The notes beneath the pieces were generated by a model. The model did not search any database and was not told the DNA's origin. It saw only the letters and a program-made list of their open reading frames with translations. A DNA stretch of 64,000 nt from contig JAZQMW010000019.1 in the NCBI GenBank assembly GCA_045627025.1, forward strand, positions 3,047-67,046, given 5' to 3'. This document shows positions 61,023-64,000 of the stretch, in pieces. Made by a program: the position numbers and the translations under genes. Source of the stretch: Treponema sp. (GTDB taxonomy: Bacteria; Spirochaetota; Spirochaetia; Treponematales; Treponemataceae). Position 1 is the stretch's first letter; every line of letters begins with the position of its first letter.

Positions 61023-62030
61023 GTGGTTACCATCAAAGACATAGCAAGAGAATGCAATGTTTCTTTTTCTACAGTCAGCAAGGCATTGAAAAATTCAAGC
61101 GAAATAAGCAGCGAAACGAAAAAATTCATACATGACAAGGCGACCCAGATGGGCTACCATCCGAATCTTGCGGCCCATGCCCTGCGAACGAACAGAACTT
61201 ACGACATCGGCATCATTTTTGAAGACAGAACCGGTTCCGGATTCATGCACCAGTATTTTGCGACAATCATAAGCGGCATACAGAAGGCAGCCCAGGAAAA
61301 AGGCTACGAAATCACATTCATAGGAAGAAGCAGGGAATCTTCTTTCGATTACCTGAACCATGCCAGAACAAGAAACTATGACGGAATCGCAATCCTCTCA
61401 TGCGACTTCAATTCAGATGAAATCAAAAAACTTGTGCAAAGCGAAATTCCGACAGTTACCCTCGACTATTTTTATGACGGCAGCCATTCGGCAATAATGA
61501 GCGACTACAAGACAGGAATCAGGGAACTTCTTGAACATGCAATAAGACGCGGCCACAAAAAAATTGCAATGATTCACGGGGAAGACACCCTTGTCACGAA
61601 GGAACGCATGAACGCATTCAATGAAACATGCATGAAAAATGAAATCACCATACCGCCTGAATATTTCGAGGAAGCGCTTTACCATGACCCGATTTCAAGC
61701 GAAAAGGCAACAAAAAAACTCATGGCACTTGAAAATCCCCCGACATGCATTTTTTACCCAGACGACTATTCGGCCATCGGAGGGATACGCGAGCTTGGAC
61801 GGAGAAACCTTGTGCCCGGAAAAGACATAAGCATTGCAGGATATGACGGAATAATGCTTGCATCAATGCTTAACCCGCCCCTCACGACATACGAGCAAAA
61901 CGGTCTTGAAATCGGAACCCAGATTGCGGGGCTTCTCATTTCAAACATTGAAAATGCATCTTCATTTGAATGCAAGCATCTTCTTGTGGGCGGAAAATTA
62001 ATCAAAGGCGGCACAGTGGCACGAATTTAG
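61023..62030 (+). CDS. LacI-family transcriptional regulator
   Basis: TIKDIARECNVSFSTVSKAL, GYHPNLAAHAL, PGKDISIAGYDG, PPLTT; GTG start after GGAGAG. Confidence 0.93.
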   Translation: MVTIKDIARECNVSFSTVSKALKNSSEISSETKKFIHDKATQMGYHPNLAAHALRTNRTYDIGIIFEDRTGSGFMHQYFATIISGIQKAAQEKGYEITFIGRSRESSFDYLNHARTRNYDGIAILSCDFNSDEIKKLVQSEIPTVTLDYFYDGSHSAIMSDYKTGIRELLEHAIRRGHKKIAMIHGEDTLVTKERMNAFNETCMKNEITIPPEYFEEALYHDPISSEKATKKLMALENPPTCIFYPDDYSAIGGIRELGRRNLVPGKDISIAGYDGIMLASMLNPPLTTYEQNGLEIGTQIAGLLISNIENASSFECKHLLVGGKLIKGGTVARI

Positions 62031-62191
62031 AATGAAGAAGAAACTTTTGGGATGGAGGATGTCAGGATTTTGTGCTATACTTTTCATGGAAACATTTCCA
62101 TTTCAGAAAGCAAATTGACAGGATGCAAAACTCAACAAGATTTTTTTGAACAAAGTTCCCAACCAAAAGATTTGCATTTCCAGGAGAGCAT

Positions 62192-62636
62192 ATGAAAAAC
62201 ATAAAATTACTAAACAAAAGTATACGAGGGGGGGGTATAAACAAGCCATAAGGCTTTTTTCATCCCTTGCATGCAAAGTTCTATTTTCTTCCATAATATT
62301 TACATCATGTGAAAACTTCATGGACGACGGTCTCATCAAGGCAGAACCTACTTATACCTTGAACTGCATGACAAATGTTCCGGGATAAGCAAGATTGAAA
62401 CAAGAATTGCATCTGGTGGAAATGTATGTGAAATTTCAAACATATTCGTAATGTTTAACAAGACTTTCGGGGCAGCATATGCCAATGACACAAAGACAGG
62501 CATCAAAGACAGCTGGTATGACGGAGATAATGTGGGCATTATTGTGGAAAAAAAGCTCAGCAGTTTTACCGCAGAAATATGGGTGACAGACGGTGCCGGT
62601 AATGTCAGTGATAAAATTACCTATAAATATCCGTAA
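62192..62636 (+). pseudogene. Frameshifted remnant of a surface lipoprotein with a poly-G tract in the signal peptide
   Basis: AGGAG SD, ATG 62192, G8 tract 62228-62235, lipobox IFTS-C in a second frame, D..SGI and VTDGAGNVS in a third frame ending at TAA 62636. Confidence 0.7.
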
Positions 62637-62661
62637 AATAGCGTGAAGAGGTGCTGTTTTC

Positions 62662-62800
62662 CCCGCGTAAGGGATTGGAAGGGTGCCTTTGGCAAACGAA
62701 AGTTTCTGCGCAAGAAGAAACTTTTGTTCGGAGGCGAATGCCGGAGCCCTGAAAAGCCCGACGGTGGAACGAACGAAAGAGAGTGGAACCGGTACGCCCC
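62662..62800 (+). ncRNA. Flavo-1-like structured element, copy 2
   Basis: GCGTAAGGGATTGGAAGGG...CCCTGAAAAGCCCGAC...GGTACGCCC; 21-nt identity with copy 1. Confidence 0.65.
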
Positions 62801-62823
62801 CATAAAATTCCATTCAAAAAATA

Positions 62824-62887
62824 TTGCAAAAACGAGAGCGTTATTGTATACTCAAAACTACAACGTTTTCGTAATTCTAACGTTGAT
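62824..62887 (+). promoter_or_regulatory. Sigma70 promoter and tandem LacI-type operators of cellobiose phosphorylase
   Basis: TTGCAA-N17-TATACT; TACAACGTTTTC and TCTAACGTTGAT (AACGTT cores) just downstream. Confidence 0.65.
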
Positions 62888-62914
62888 ACAAAAAGCTTAT
62901 TTTAGGAGAATCAA

Positions 62915-64000
62915 ATGAAATTCGGACATTTTGATGATGCCAATCGTGAGTATGTTATTACTACTCCTCGCACTCCGTATCCTTGGATTAACTACCTTGG
63001 AACACAGGGATTTTTTTCGTTAATTTCTAACACAGCAGGTGGATACAGTTTCTACAAGGATGCCCGTCTCCGACGCATTACACGCTACCGCTACAACAAC
63101 GTGCCTATCGACATGGGCGGAAGATATTTCTACATCAACGACAACGGTACAATCTGGAACCCAGGCTGGTCTCCAGTAAAAACAGAACTCGATGCTTACG
63201 AATGCCGTCACGGTATGGGTTACACGGTAATCACAGGTAAGAAAAACGACCTCAAGGCAGAAGTTACATTCTTCGTTCCACAGGATTACGATGGTGAAGT
63301 TCAGCAGGTTGTTCTTACAAACGAAGGCAAAACAGACAAGACTTTCAAATTCTGGTCATTTGCAGAATGGTGTTTGTGGGATGCTCAGGATGACAGCAAC
63401 AACTTCCAGAGAAACTTCTCAACAGGACGTGTAGAGGTAAAAGATTCTGTAATTTACCACAAGACAGAATACCGCGACCGCCGCAACCACTACGCTTTCT
63501 ACTCAGTAAACGACAAAATTGACGGATACGACACAGAAAGAGATTCATTCATCGGCCTTTACAATGGATTTGGTGATCCACAGGCTGTAAAAGAAGGAAA
63601 AGCTTACAACTCATTTGCAGACGGTTGGGCTCCAATCGCTTCTCACTATAAGGAAATCACTCTCAAAGCCGGCGAAACAAAGACTCTTGTTTTCGTTCTC
63701 GGTTATGTTGAAATGCCACAGGATCAGAAATTTGAAGCTGACGGCAAGACTATCAACAAGGTAAAGGCTCTCGAGATGATTGAAAAGTTCAACACTCCAG
63801 AAAAATTTGCCGCAGGAATGAAAGAACTCCGTGCATACTGGGACAAACTTCTTGGAATCCTTACAGTTGATACACCAGAAGACAAAGTTAACCGCATGGT
63901 TAACATCTGGAACCAGTATCAGTGTATGGTTACATTCAACCTTTCACGTTCTGCTTCATACTTTGAATCAGGAATTGGTCGTGGTATGGGATTCCGCGAT
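62915..64000 (+). CDS. Cellobiose phosphorylase (GH94), 5' part
   Basis: Manual translation [29 protein letters not shown]...[21 protein letters not shown]...[33 protein letters not shown]; AGGAG SD. Confidence 0.93.
   Translation, partial: MKFGHFDDANREYVITTPRTPYPWINYLGTQGFFSLISNTAGGYSFYKDARLRRITRYRYNNVPIDMGGRYFYINDNGTIWNPGWSPVKTELDAYECRHGMGYTVITGKKNDLKAEVTFFVPQDYDGEVQQVVLTNEGKTDKTFKFWSFAEWCLWDAQDDSNNFQRNFSTGRVEVKDSVIYHKTEYRDRRNHYAFYSVNDKIDGYDTERDSFIGLYNGFGDPQAVKEGKAYNSFADGWAPIASHYKEITLKAGETKTLVFVLGYVEMPQDQKFEADGKTINKVKALEMIEKFNTPEKFAAGMKELRAYWDKLLGILTVDTPEDKVNRMVNIWNQYQCMVTFNLSRSASYFESGIGRGMGFRD

Overview
Chromosomal window of a spirochaete, almost certainly a gut/rumen-type Treponema (collar protein FlbB, FlaB flagellins, spirochaete EF-G2, eukaryote-like hexokinase). 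It is mostly core genome: uvrA (partial), recO, lepB, the sufCBDSU operon, nrdR, EF-G2, argF and argR with ARG boxes, a large flagellar region (flaB x2, flaG, fliD, PilZ, flgN-flgK-flgL-fliW-csrA, flbB-fliK-flgD-flgE), tsaE/tsaB, the rpsP-khpA-rimM-trmD-rplS operon, tRNA-Leu(TAA), galK, folE2, pgi, a LacI regulator and a partial cellobiose phosphorylase. No integrase, transposase or CRISPR array was seen. The most interesting signals are non-coding. (1) Two diverged copies of a Flavo-1-like folded element show compensatory base changes and an extra multi-stem junction, and each lies downstream of decayed accessory genes. (2) A ~70-bp tandem and dispersed repeat family has two large copies, in inverted orientation, bracketing a 7-kb segment. 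(3) A poly-G, apparently phase-variable lipoprotein remnant and a broken SMI1/KNR4-like gene are present. (4) sufB carries an in-frame amber codon. (5) argF switches codon usage mid-gene. (6) There are structured 5' leaders on flaB, hexokinase and suf, and at least six apparently leaderless genes. All calls were made by eye; no database searches were run.
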